In this document: one piece after another, positions 52,107 through 64,000 of the stretch
How the letters are laid out: every line of letters begins with the position of its first letter
Numbering within the stretch: position 1 is the stretch's first letter
Assembly: GCA_013239625.1 (NCBI GenBank)
Contig: MU055928.1
Location: 20,650,878-20,714,877 of the forward strand
From: Lama guanicoe
Lineage: Eukaryota
Reading direction: 5' to 3'
DNA length: 64,000 bases
Translations under genes and position numbers: made by a program
Notes under the pieces: model-generated
Seen by the model: the letters and a program-made list of their open reading frames with translations, nothing else
What the model was told of the DNA's origin: nothing
Databases searched by the model: none

Positions 52107-54734
52107 GTGATTTTCTCTGTTTCTATGAACTGTTTCCCCTTAAAATGAATACAAGCGTGGTTTCTTGCCTTTCGATCAAGATTGAAGAACTTCAACAAAT
52201 AAGTTACCAAAGTCAGAAAAGCATTATAAATCATGAAATTCTAAAATGTGTATTTTATTTATTTCCATTGATTGAGAAGAAGCTTATGTGTTCCTATATG
52301 ACCATTTCTATTTTCCTTATTTATTTGACAGAGTGAGGAGACTAAACCTTTTTGATTGAGCTGTTTAGCACGTGCATCCCTCTTCTGCTCATTGCTCAAG
52401 GTGTCAGCAAATTTATCCTGGAGGAATTGTCTAATATGTCTAGTCACCTACAGCTATTAAAGAATATTTGTGCACCTGCTATAATCAAGGTATATAAATG
52501 GCATAAAACCTAGTCCTTCTCACCCAAACATTCTGCAACCTCACAGGCAAAGACAAAAAATGTTGACAAAAAGTGCGAGGCTGGGTATGAGAGCCAGATG
52601 AGCACACAGTTTTAATTTGTGCAGGTGTACAGAGCAGAGCAAGGTTGTTAAGGATCAAAGTACTCAGGAGAGACTTCTGCAATGAGCAGAGTTTATCATC
52701 GTCAGCTGAATCTCAAAATGTGGTTGGAAATCCAAGAGAAAGCCAGTTATCAAGTTAGCATTATTGTCTCCTTATACTGTTGCATCTCCAGGCCAATTTG
52801 CTCAAAAGATAGTTATTATTATTAGATCCAGTCACTGTTCTGTTCCTTAGAGGGTAAGCGATGATTCAAGCCTTATAATAAATAATCAAGAAATACCATC
52901 ATCTGAATTCTAGGGCACATAAAAAGCAACCGATAGTTACGTATATTCTTGTTGCTTTTGTATTTATCCTACAAAAGATTAGAAACACACTTACACTAAT
53001 ATTGAGATGTCAGCACATCTGCTGCAATTTTCAGCTTGTTTGGCATTCTTTCAAACTATAAAGTCTATCTCCTTTATCAAAATCAAATCTCTGTGTTAAT
53101 TCCCTGAAGGTACAAGAGATTTTGGTTATGCCTGATAGGGTTTAAGCTGCATGCAGCATATGTTCCTGGGAAAATGTTTATAATTGCAGATGCCGTCTCC
53201 AGAAACCCACTGGCAGACAAATGTACTTTAGAGACTGGAGAGCTCAGGGAGATATGTAAAAGAGCTGGAAAAGCTAACCTACCATCTTCCATCTGCAGAA
53301 AGGATCAGCTGTAATAGCTGACTAGAGTTGATTAACTGCTGCAAGCTGTTTGGGAATGTTGTCAGACAAGGTTTTGCCAAGTATAAAAGTGATATACCAG
53401 TGCCAGAGGGCTGAGGTTTGATAACCACATATGGTCATCACATATTCTTCTTCCATCCATGAATGATGACACACCCGGAGCCAGATGCTTGACACGAATA
53501 CGTGTTTTTCACATTCGGTAGATAGAGATATGAACCTATTGGCTTCTGTTCTAAAATGAAGTCAATTTTCCAAAAATATACCTTTGGTAATCTTTTTTTT
53601 TTCAGGAAACAAAAATATGCCACAAAATTGGTGACTATTTTACTTCAAAGGGAGACAATTTACAATCTTTATACTAACAGAACACTTACTTGCTTTAAAG
53701 TGGTGCATACAGAACAGGGTGAATGAGCCTTTTGAAGTTTAATTCTACTTGTTTGTAAGAAACATATATAAAGAATTCGGTGTGCTAACTTTTGTCTAAA
53801 ACCCCACAAGATTAAATAAAATTACGAGCATTTGAAAATAGTATATGCTTCAATATACAAACACAAAATTATTCAATAAGTATCCTTCTAAATTAAAAAA
53901 ATCAGTGTAAAATTTTTTTGAATTATTCTCTTTTAATCAAGACTATCCAATGACTATTGAAAATTGTGTTTCCATTAACAATTTGAAAATAAACCCCTAG
54001 GTGAGGGGAGGGAGGTGTTTGTGTATACATATATACACATACACATATGTATATGTGTATACATATATGTTGTTCATGTAGGTTAAGCCTAAGAATAAAA
54101 CCAATACATTCTCTTTCCAGATTGGATTAACATGTTCGTAACAGTCAATAACATTTTATCTTATAAGCATCAAAGGATAACGATTATAACTTAGTCACCT
54201 ATAGGGGAGAGTTTTGAGTTAAAATCTACAAAGACACATGTAAAGACCTCATTTATTTTTAAGTACTTATATTAAGTGGAATCACTGACACTTGTAAACC
54301 TGATAAATTATATATAAGAATTGATTCTTAGCTACATATTCAAGGCTGTCATTAGGTGTCCATTCTACAGCTTTCGTACTTCAGGAGGGCTTCACTTGCC
54401 CTAACGCTCAAATACATGATGCAGTCTATTTAAAGTTTCCAACAATTCCTAGTTTATCAATTAATAGCAAAAGATGAAAAGGGCTCTTTTGGACCATGGT
54501 TTAGAAGTGACCCGGGGGACTCAAAGGAAATTACAAAAATAACCAAAAAGAAGACCCTCAAATCCAGGAGGTTTTCCCACACAGAGACAGCAAATCAAAT
54601 GTTATTACAGAGGATGGGTGAGTATGAGAGTAAATAGGGAGGAAAGGTACTCAAAGTCCCATAGCATCACTTAAGAATTGTTTCTCCCAGATCCTAAGGT
54701 TACTTTAGTGATGCTGGTACAGCAGAGCAGAAAG

Positions 54735-54950
54735 CATGTCAAAGTCGGTGGCATCCCTGCCTAGGTCAAATCCCAGCCTAACCATTTACAAGCTCTGTGA
54801 TCTTAAACAAACTTCTTTATCTCTCTGGGATTGTCTCCTCACACACTAAATGTAATGATACCTAACTCTCTGAGTGTGTGTGAGAATTAAATCAGACACC
54901 GTCAAAATACCTAGCACAGTGACTACCTCAGTAAACAGCCTCTATTGTTA
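54735..54950 (+). mobile_element. MIR SINE fragment
   Basis: GGTCAAATCCCAGC...CATTTACAAGCTCTGTGATCTTAAACAA...TGTGAGAATTAAAT...CCTAGCACAGTG. Confidence 0.7.
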
Positions 54951-56497
54951 AATATTAGAAAGGTACAATTTCTCTTTTCAACTAATAGTCTCTAAATTTC
55001 AAGATGGAAGCTTGATCCATGATACAAATATTCAAAGTTCCTCAACTGAAACGTGAGTTTCACCCCCGTATTTCTTCTCCATCCCTAAGTTACTCCCACA
55101 TGGATCCACGGCTAAAAGTCGTGGAAGTCCTTATTGAAGCTTACTAATCCTCTTTTCTCTTGACTCTCCGTTTTCCTCAAAAGAGGAGAACAGAGCTAAC
55201 AACACTACACTACAAAAGACCAATTCTAAATTTTTTTAAAAAGCCTTTGTCATGGTTGTTAAAATATGTTTTAGAATATCTTAAATCATAAATTACTTTT
55301 GAAAAAAATTTTTTTTGTGAATCTTAAAAAGGAGGCCACACGCACAGTTTTATCAATAATGACTTATATAGAAGAAATGATACCATGAAGAAATAATATA
55401 AATGAGGGAAATAAGGTAACTTTATATTTTCAGGGTTTGTAATGCTTAACCAATACCAAATATTGGTAATGACTACTTCCCTTTACCAGTTACCAGTGAG
55501 TTTATTATTTGTGAAGGGAAAATAAAGTGAAGACAATTTTAAGGCAAAACAGAAAATGAAGCATTAAAAAAGACAATAATCAGCACTGTGTTCAGTGTTC
55601 ATGATTTCATCTTAGTGAATCTTTAAGAACTAAATATCAAAACTGAAATCTACACAAACAAAATTCATTCTAAGAACATATTTTAAATAGTCCCTTTAAA
55701 AGACAATTTGTATTCTATACTTTTTTAATATAGTCATTTCTCAACTGTCTGTGGATACTTTATCTCTGTAAATTGATTTTATTTCTGATTACACAGGTAA
55801 ATTTTAATACGTCATGCATTTAGTGGCTTAACTCTTATTCTGCTTAAACTGGTATTTTGTTGGCATGAGCAGGGTTTCTGGGGGGTTTTGTTGTTGTTTT
55901 TTGTTTTGTTTTGTTTTGTTTTTTGCAGTCCAAAGGAAGGTGTGAAGGAGAAAAATTTAAAGTCTAGCCTTTTTCAGATTTAACAAAGACAGTTCATCAC
56001 CGTTAGCAGTGAGTTACTGCGTGACATAGTGAAAGTGGAGCTAGGCAGGGCTGAGAGAAGCCAGGCATCAGATCATTGTTGTCTTTTGTTGTTATTGTTT
56101 CATTTCTTAAAAAGAGAGAGAGAGATCTAAAACCTTACAGGCATTCTTATTCAGAGATTGTTTTAAAATATCTGCAAAGGTATTGTTTCCAAGAGCTGCT
56201 CTTTTATCCCATCACAACAGAAAAAACACAGAGCTAACCACAGTTTCTGTTCTTATTCTGGGCAATTCTATCTTGAAATTTTCAGGGTTCTTGTACTTTT
56301 TAAAAATTTTTACTTGAATGAAAATCATATTATCTTCTTTTTCATTATAAAATGTGAGCAGTTTTCAATCATTCTTTAATAGAGAACATGAAAATCACCT
56401 AACTTCATGTAGTCTAGTAAACAGGTTAATAGCTGCAAAGGTTTTCAAAGAACTGTGATGTAACACCTTTTATTTCCTTTATGTCATCCTTTAACAG

Positions 56498-56540
56498 TTA
56501 GACCTGATAATTATACACCAGCAGGTGGAACTTCTTGGAA
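56498..56540 (+). CDS. PLSCR5: PLSCR5 coding exon 3 (LDLIIIHQQVELLG)
   Basis: Acceptor CCTTTAACAG|TTA, donor GGAA|GTAAGT, 43 nt. Frame-compatible with exons 2 and 4; too short for the ORF track. Confidence 0.95.
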
Positions 56541-57574
56541 GTAAGTATATTATATTTTGTAATTATTAAAACTGTCAGAAACATTTTAAGTTGCAGAAGT
56601 TTCTCTACATCTAAATATTTTATAAACAATAAAGTTAAATGTTTAGGCTAGAATTGGATCAAAAAGAGGTCTCTTTTTTAAAATAAATATTGAAATATAT
56701 ATTAGTCTGATATAGATAAATCTAAAAGCATTAACCTTTCTAAGTCTTTGATAATATTGTCACTAGGAATCTAACATTATTTTTTAGTTTTAAGGTAATA
56801 AAAGATATTTGATCATTTCCATGGCTGCTAATAATTTAAATTTTCTTAATAATTTCAGACATAGAAGTCAAGGTTGAGACTAGCAAAAACTCATCAAAAC
56901 AATTTACTGTTTTATCATATTGTCAGTGACTCATTAAATAGGCAAATCATTTAACAATACACACATTTACAATGATGACTAACTGAATTCAAATTATTTA
57001 AGTTTTTTATCCTTAATATTCTATGTTATTCCTAAGATATATCAAAATTGTAATAAATAGATAGCATGCATCTGTAAATATAGTACCAAATAGAGATTTT
57101 AGACAAAATCATTACTCTATGAGTTGTCCCAGTAAATTCCATAGATATGGCTATATTGATAGATTTAATATAATCAATAATATACTAAAGCTATAATGTT
57201 AATTAAATATATAAGTGATATACATGATAGAACTATTATTTGAGTGTTAGATTCCAATTTATAGCATTGCTTCCCTAATTAAAAAGTGTCACCACATGTT
57301 TCCAAGTAGGTCATACATCTGGAATCAAAATTTATTAATTGCATAGCTTTGTTCTCAGAGTTTACCTTGATTTCTATGGCTAAATTCTCAAAATTTTGAG
57401 CATGGAAGTAGATTGATGTGAAGAAGATACCAAATACTTAGTAACTGATAAGTCACTCTGTTTTCTTTTAATAACACTGCCCATTTTACTCATATAAAGA
57501 TTTGATACTAAGCAGAAGTATTATTTTGATAATTGGTGATTTTTAATTTTTTTTTTCTTGTTTTCCTTCATTAG

Positions 57575-57795
57575 TGATACTTGGCACTGAGACCTGCAAC
57601 AAATACGAGATTAAAAACAGCTTGGGACAAAGAATTTACTTTGCGGTGGAGGAAAGCATCTGCTTCAACCGTACTTTCTGCTCCACGCTGCGCTCTTGCA
57701 CACTGAAGATCACCGACAACTCAGGCCGGGAGGTCATCACAGTCAGCAGGCCCTTGAGGTGTGACAGCTGCTGGTGCCCTTGCTACCTACAAGAG
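57575..57795 (+). CDS. PLSCR5: PLSCR5 coding exon 4 (MILGTETCNKYEIKNSLGQ...CDSCWCPCYLQE)
   Basis: Long polypyrimidine tract + TAG acceptor, donor GAG|GTTAGT, 221 nt. Contains the scramblase ETxNKY motif and the Cys-rich motif that is palmitoylated in PLSCR1. Confidence 0.97.
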
Positions 57796-58429
57796 GTTAG
57801 TCATCGGCTCTGGGCGTGCTTTTATTTCTACACGTTTGGAAAGTTTAGCAATTCTTTAATAAATGGCATTCATCTGGAGATATGGAGCAATTAACCTTTT
57901 AACTGGTTGAATTAATACATTGCTCCTTTAGGATCAGAACAGTTTAAGGAGTTGGTGATTCACTAAAATTTTTTCCTTTCCAACCAAAGACTAGAGTGGC
58001 TTCCATGATGTTAATTGGTGAAGACAGCTCATGCCCTGTGTAAACAAGACACATCCTCCTGAATTTCTATTCTAGCCATATAATTGTATCTCTGAGTTCT
58101 ACCATTAAGCAAACCTACCCTTTGTCTTCTCTTACTGGGGCAAAGTTCAGGAAGTGCTGAGTGATACTAAACTCTTCTAAGATATTCTCTGGATTGGATA
58201 TCATTTTTGATAACAGAATCTCACATTCCCTTCACCATTTACGATAAACTTCAAGGTTTAGCAAAGACTGTGTTATTGTTCTGGAGAGAATCATTTGATT
58301 ATTTTATTTTAATATATAATGGATTTTCATCACTGTTTAATATGATAACTTTCATTGACAAAATGCAGTTAAGTTGATATGGGGTGTTTACTTTGATGTC
58401 ACTGATATCATGGCACCTCTATGAGTTAA

Positions 58430-58565
58430 AACAAGTTTTACTATTCACATTTTTCAGCTGAGGAAACGGGCTTAGAGAGTGGTGGTGACTTACCTATGAT
58501 CACACATCTAGAAATTATCATACGTATGACTTGATCCAGGCGTCCTTATTCAAGCCCAAGTTTCT
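58430..58565 (-). mobile_element. MIR SINE fragment
   Basis: CATTTTTCAGCTGAGGAAACGGGCTTAGAGAG...GTGACTTACCTATGATCACACATCTAG. Confidence 0.7.
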
Positions 58566-59226
58566 CTGTTGAGGACTTACGTATAAATATTCTACTTAGC
58601 ACAATGGGAAATAAATATTAATATGGAAGGAGGTTAATTAGGGAAGGTTGCTAACAGTATATACTGAAGCTAGTTTTTCAACTATTTATAGGCAATTCCC
58701 TGGCTAAGTGACAGGATGGCTAAGGTACTCACACATGGAGCCCAAGAATTTTCTTCCTCCTCCTGAGGATACCCAAGATCTAATATGCCTCAAGAGACTA
58801 TAATCAGTATAGTCCAGAATATATGCCCATTTGAAAATTTCTGATAATTGATGTTTTATTTCAAGGTAGCCCAGTGTCATATAAATTAAATATAAGAGCT
58901 ATCCTAACACTGACTAGCATTTTTTAATTTGGTCAAAATCAAACCAATTACCTTAAAAGTGATCCCAGAACAAATCCATATAATTCTAAGCAGTCTGGGT
59001 AAAACCACCTTTGTCTATCCAAGGATACTACGGACATGCACATAAGACTATGAACTTTAATAAATAAGAAAAGACTAAAGGAGATCAGATGATGGAGAAC
59101 TGGTTTGATTTAAAAGCAAACATTTTTTATTATTTTCACTCACCTCTAGGTTATTTTGTAAAGTATTTGATTTGGCTACACAAATATTTTGACATACAAT
59201 ATGATGGACAATAAAGGAATTGGGGA

Positions 59227-60070
59227 TGCTTAACATCCTGAATTATCTGAGAAGTGCAAATCAAAACTATAATGAGATAACACCTCACGCTGGTCAGAAT
59301 GGCCATCATTAAAAAGTTCACAAACAATGAATGCTGGAGAAGGTATGGAGAAAGGGGAACCCCCCTATACTGCTGGTGGAAATGTAGTTTAGTGCAGTCA
59401 CTATGGAAAACAATACGGAGATTTCTTAAAAAACTAAAAGTAGAGTTACTTTATGATACAGAAATCCCACTCCTGGGCATATATCCAGAGAAAACTCCAA
59501 TTCAGAAAGATATATGCACCCCAATGTTCATAGCAGCACTATTTACAATAGCTAAGATATGGAAGCAATCTAGATGTCCATTGACAGATGATTGGATAAA
59601 GAAGTAGTGGTATATATATATATAATGAAATACTACTCAGCCAGAAAAAGAGTGAAATAATGCCATTTGCAGCAACATGGATGGACCTAGCAATTATCAT
59701 ACTAAGTGAAGTAAGTTAGAAGGAGAAAGACACATGTATCATATGATATTACTTACTGGGGAATCTAAAAAATGATACAAATGAACTTATTTACAAAACA
59801 GAAACAGACTCACAGAAGTAGAAAACAAAATTATGGTTACCAAAGGGTAAAGAGGTGGGGAGGGATAAATTAGGAGTTTTGGATTAGCAGATACAAACTA
59901 CTATATATAAAATAGATAAACAACAAGTTCCTACTGTATAGCACAGGGAACTATGTTCAATATCCTAAAATAACCTATAATGAAAAAGTATATATGTATA
60001 TCAGAACCAATATGCTGTACACCAGAAGCTAACACAACATTGTAAATCAACCGTACTTCAAATAAAGAAA
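59227..60070 (+). mobile_element. 5'-truncated L1 (end of ORF2 + 3'UTR) in PLSCR5 intron 4, sense orientation
   Basis: ORF 59299-59607 (MAIIKK..CWR..GERGT..CWWKC.LVQ.LWK) is the L1 ORF2p Cys-rich end. Degenerate TSD AAAGGAATTGGGGA (59213-59226) / AAAGAAATTAGGGGA (60071-60085). Confidence 0.92.
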
Positions 60071-60698
60071 AAAGAAATTAGGGGAATGAAGGGTAATGGG
60101 ACAAAATACTGAACTCAGGCCTGAAAGTGCAATTGTTATTCTTTTAACACTTTGGACGAAGTGAAACAGAAATCAAATTGGTGTGTAATGACTGTAACTC
60201 TGCAAGAAGCATTTGTTTTTAATTGAACACAGAAAGGCTAGAAGTTGACAATCTGAAGAGACAAAAAATCATGAATGCTTAATAATTGGTAAGTGAGGAT
60301 TAAAATTAGATAAGTGTTTCGACAACAACAGAGAGGGAGTGGATATGAAGTACCTTATAGGAAATAGCTTCAATGCTCAACCAACTATTGTACTTGGAAC
60401 AAAAATGGCAAAGCTAGTGCCCCAGTGTCAGAAGACAGCTCTGGGATAAGTTCTCCTTAGGAAAGTAAGATCAAAGACGTGGACTTCTAGCACACAATAC
60501 TGAACTTGTATCGATACAGTGAATTTCTTTGTTTCTAAAAATCATGAAAAAACCAGAACGTAGAAGCAGATATTTAGTCTATTTTGTAGAGTACAAAAAT
60601 AATTTCATAATAGTATCCTGTTTAGAATTTGACACTATAGTAAAATTAAAATACAATAACCTTAGAAAATCTTACTTTATTATTATCTCTTCTTACAG

Positions 60699-60860
60699 TT
60701 AGAAATCCAAGCCCCTCCTGGTACTATAGTTGGTTATGTTGCACAGAAGTGGGACCCCTTTCTGCCTAAATTCACAATCCAAAATGCAAACAAAGAAGAT
60801 ATTTTGAAAATTGTTGGTCCTTGTGCGACATGTGGCTGTTTTGGCGATGTGGATTTTGAG
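60699..60860 (+). CDS. PLSCR5: PLSCR5 coding exon 5 (LEIQAPPGTIVGYVAQKW...GDVDFE)
   Basis: Acceptor TCTCTTCTTACAG|TTA, donor GAG|GTATGA, 162 nt, open frame with scramblase motifs. Confidence 0.97.
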
Positions 60861-62148
60861 GTATGATTGACAAAACAAAGGAAGTTTTCACTTAGGTCCT
60901 GATTTTTTGCAACATAATTCAATTTTTGTAAAGTTCAAATCATAATATATGTCTGAAATAAATTTAGAAAATAATATACTTGTGAAATAATGTAATAAGT
61001 CCATATTGTACATGGCAATAATAACTCATAATTCCAGCAATACTAAGTCCAAAAATTTTTTTAAAACATACCACAAAAATTTGATTGATGTGGCATTACA
61101 GCTCTTATGGCATAAAGCAAATACATATAGTTTAGAATCATCTAAATTACATCTTTCCTGTATCCCTGTTGGGAACATATCCCAGTTCTGATCTCATGTC
61201 ATGAGCACACTACATCAAAATATCACCAATTTAAAATCCATTTTCATAAGACTTGCTAACTTCACTTTGTGAAACAATCTATTCTCATATAAAACATATT
61301 TGTGTAAATTGGATGTTTAAAAACAAAAACTACTTCCAAATTCAATGTGTAAGAATATGAACTATCTTTAAAACCTTTTCCTAGAAATATGTCTTAGACA
61401 GAGGAGATGGTCTAATTTCAAGTATATATTTCTTCTTTATTTATTCACTCCATTCATTCATGTCTATCCTACCTAGGACCTTCAGTCTGCAGGACTTCAG
61501 GGAACACTACTCACCTAGAATACAATGTGCATTTAGCAAATGAGCTGTCCTAACTCCAGCCCACTTGAAAGAGACTTGGCATGGTTCTCCTAAGAATAAA
61601 GGATACAAATATGTCCTGTGATTGAAGAGAACTTGAGTTTTAGTATGCATGGTATAGGGATGTCCTAAATAATTTCTCTATTTTCTATTTTCTACCCCCA
61701 TACAGAAAGTGAAAGTTTATAATGAATCACTTTCAACCTTTTGAATGAGAAACAGGGCAAGCAAATAGAGTAGTTGATAAAGTTTAATTGTAGACTCCTT
61801 CTAGCTGAACTAGACTTTTCATGTCAGATTAGTCTGAATTCCCCATGCGATACATTAGCCCAGAGGATTTTTAAGTGAAAAATAGAACTTAGGGTTAGTT
61901 ATAAAGGAATGACCTAGTAAATGTCTGAGTGTAATAGAAAAATGAGATTAAACAATGACTGGTGATATTTAAATGTGTTAATAATTATAAACTCAGCAAT
62001 AAAAATTTATATCTAGAAATTAATTTCTTTTAAAAATTCTTCCTAAAATCTTTCTCAAAAATACTCTTTTTTTCTTTTCTTTCTTTCTTTCTTTTTTTTT
62101 AAATGAAGAATTCTGGTTTAAAATCTGGACTTCAGGTAAAGGAATTAC

Positions 62149-62259
62149 CAACATGGTTAGACCATATAATTGAGACTATGCACCTGCTGCCATCTTGTGG
62201 TAGCTTCGCCTTAATTATTTATTGTTATTAAATTCTCAATCTGCATAAAAAAGAAAAAA
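62149..62259 (+). other. Short polyadenylated retro-insertion of unknown origin (intron 5)
   Basis: 11-bp direct repeats AAAGGAATTAC (62138-62148, 62260-62270), ATTAAA at 62227-62232 and an A-tract at 62247-62259. Confidence 0.6.
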
Positions 62260-62489
62260 AAAGGAATTACGATGGATTCAAAAAAATGTCAGAAAAGCAA
62301 AATTCCTAAAGAGTAAACTGGGAAGTTAAATCTTCACAACTATGCTTATATAAAGGATTGAAAAACACCGAATTATCATTTAAAGATGATGAATAAAATA
62401 ATTCCTATCTCTCATGAAGTAAACATACAAATTAAGTAAAACCTTCAGTTTCACCTTCAAATTTATAACGTCTTATATTCTCTTTAAAG

Positions 62490-62651
62490 GTGAAAACTAT
62501 TAACGAAAAGCTTACAATTGGAAAGATTTCAAAGTACTGGTCGGGCTTTGTAAATGACGTTTTCACCAATGCTGACAACTTCGGAATTCACGTTCCTGCA
62601 GATCTAGATGTCACAGTCAAAGCATCGATGATTGGTGCCTGTTTTCTCTTT
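62490..62651 (+). CDS. PLSCR5: PLSCR5 coding exon 6 (VKTINEKLTIGKISKYWSG...NADNFGIHVPADLD...IGACFLF); final coding exon outside window
   Basis: Acceptor TTCTCTTTAAAG|GTG, donor TTT|GTAAGT, 162 nt. Contains segments homologous to the PLSCR1 NLS (GKISKxW) and Ca2+-binding (xADNFGI) motifs. Confidence 0.97.
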
Positions 62652-63138
62652 GTAAGTATGGTCTTAAGGAATATAGGTGGTTTATTTCCTTCCTTTACAG
62701 TTGTTAATTAGCCAATCCCATTTTACACATCGTTTACCCTAAGAGTGAGTTTTATGCACAGAACGCTAGTTTGGGACTACCAATCTTCAGGAGCCTGCAT
62801 TTCTTTCGGCAGCCCTCCTCCAGTGGTTCCCCACCCACTCCTTCTCAAGGATTGATGCCCATCCACATCCTAACTCACCATTTCTCAAAACCTGAATTAC
62901 TCTTCTCTTTCAACTTTTAGACTTTTGGCTTATTTTCACTTCCACTGAAAAAATATGTAAACATCAAAGCCACATTATTTATCCTGGGTCAAGTTTAGGA
63001 CTGTTTCATTGCTTACCAACGCATTAGGTGATATTCAGAATGAGAAAAGAGCAGTTTTCTTGTCTTTTCAATATATACATAGATACTTGAGTCCACAGGG
63101 ATGAGTTAATACGTATTAGTTTCCGTTATTAAAAGATA

Positions 63139-63608
63139 TGTGAACAAAAAATACTGCAAACCATAATCAGTAAACGAAGAATGCTGCAGCCATCAAGTCA
63201 TCAGCGGCTGCCGCCACACCCTCCAGTGAAGACAAGCCTGCAGCCCAGCCTCTGCAGCCACTCACAATGGTGCACCCTGAGGGGACTCAGAATAAGAAAG
63301 GCCAGGATACTGGCCCTAGATAGCTAGGGGCTTGTCAAAGGAATGAATTCAATGAGCCCAAATGTTTGCTTCCTCCCATACATACAAAAGCCCTAAATTC
63401 TTTAACTTGAGATGTCTGGTTTTCTTTAGATAACAAGTAATCTTTTAATGCTCCAACTACCTGGTCTATGTTGTAAAATTCCTGTGTATCCTAGCTCCTC
63501 CCCTACCTCTTTGGAGCAGTTTCTCGGAACAATCATCCCAGCTTAAGTCCTCCCGCCAGATGAAACAGAATTCTCAACTTCCAGGCTGTGCATTTATTTC
63601 AGTCGACA
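63139..63608 (+). mobile_element. Solo LTR, ERV1 class, in PLSCR5 intron 6
   Basis: TGTGAAC...AGTCGACA termini with 4-bp TSD GATA (63135-63138, 63609-63612). Confidence 0.85.
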
Positions 63609-64000
63609 GATATCATGTCTTTGTCCTTTCTCTCCAACTTACGGTTTCACTAAAAACATTTTGTCTAGATTGGTTGTAGAAGTCAAGTCATACCTGTGCC
63701 AAATCTTGGCCTGCTTTTCTCTGTTTCTGACTTTCCCTCTAATATCTCCCTCATTGCTTACCGTTTTCAGTGCTCTCACCAAAATTCACGGAATTTTAAA
63801 ATAAACCTACATTCCTCCTCTCATATTTTGTTATTCTTCAGGGTTTTAGGATCCTAAATCTTATGGTTAGATTCATAAGTGCTGCTGTGGGGGAAAAAAA
63901 GTGGCCGTATTCACTATTCTCTTCTAAAGATCCTTGGGAACTATATTAACTAAAAATAATCCCCTAGTGATCCCACTGATGAATACTTAGAGTTTAATTA

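Noticed and set aside
57796..57894. ORF extensions past the exon 2, 4 and 6 donors (e.g. VSHRLWACF..., VSMVLRNIGG...) as real C-termini
   Set aside because: Scramblase similarity stops exactly at GT donors, so the extensions are intronic read-through.
62652..64000. Terminal PLSCR5 coding exon (expected roughly DFMFFE...stop)
   Set aside because: No matching exon was found before the window end. It presumably lies downstream, so this is not evidence of pseudogenisation.
1..64000. CRISPR arrays, operons or other prokaryote-type systems
   Set aside because: The sequence is intron-containing mammalian DNA with no regularly spaced repeat-spacer arrays or dense coding regions.

Overview
AT-rich mammalian genomic DNA, most likely a camelid, because it carries three tRNA-derived SINEs resembling the camelid Vic-1 family plus artiodactyl-type L1 3' ends. 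The only supportable protein-coding gene is PLSCR5 (phospholipid scramblase family member 5) on the + strand. Six coding exons (47173-47185, 51949-52106, 56498-56540, 57575-57795, 60699-60860, 62490-62651) have GT-AG introns and splice into 253 open codons (MASKDAQNQRR...IGACFLF). The last coding exon was not found and presumably lies beyond the window. The first ~42 kb are gene-poor upstream DNA full of L1, L2, MIR, hAT/Tigger and LTR relics, and almost all other ORFs in the track are repeat-derived or chance. I see no evidence of a wholly new multi-gene system. The most interesting signals are: a candidate upstream PLSCR5 exon (donor at 42248) giving either overlapping uORFs or an alternative N-terminus; a tandem RFX X-box/E-box/CCAAT module at 38.0-38.1 kb; a tailless retroposed 5' half of tRNA-Glu(CTC); a 111-nt polyadenylated orphan retro-insertion in intron 5 carrying a CTCF-like motif; and three independent L1 copies sharing essentially the same 5' truncation point. 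Repeat family names and human-protein comparisons are from memory, not from database searches, and many repeat boundaries are approximate.
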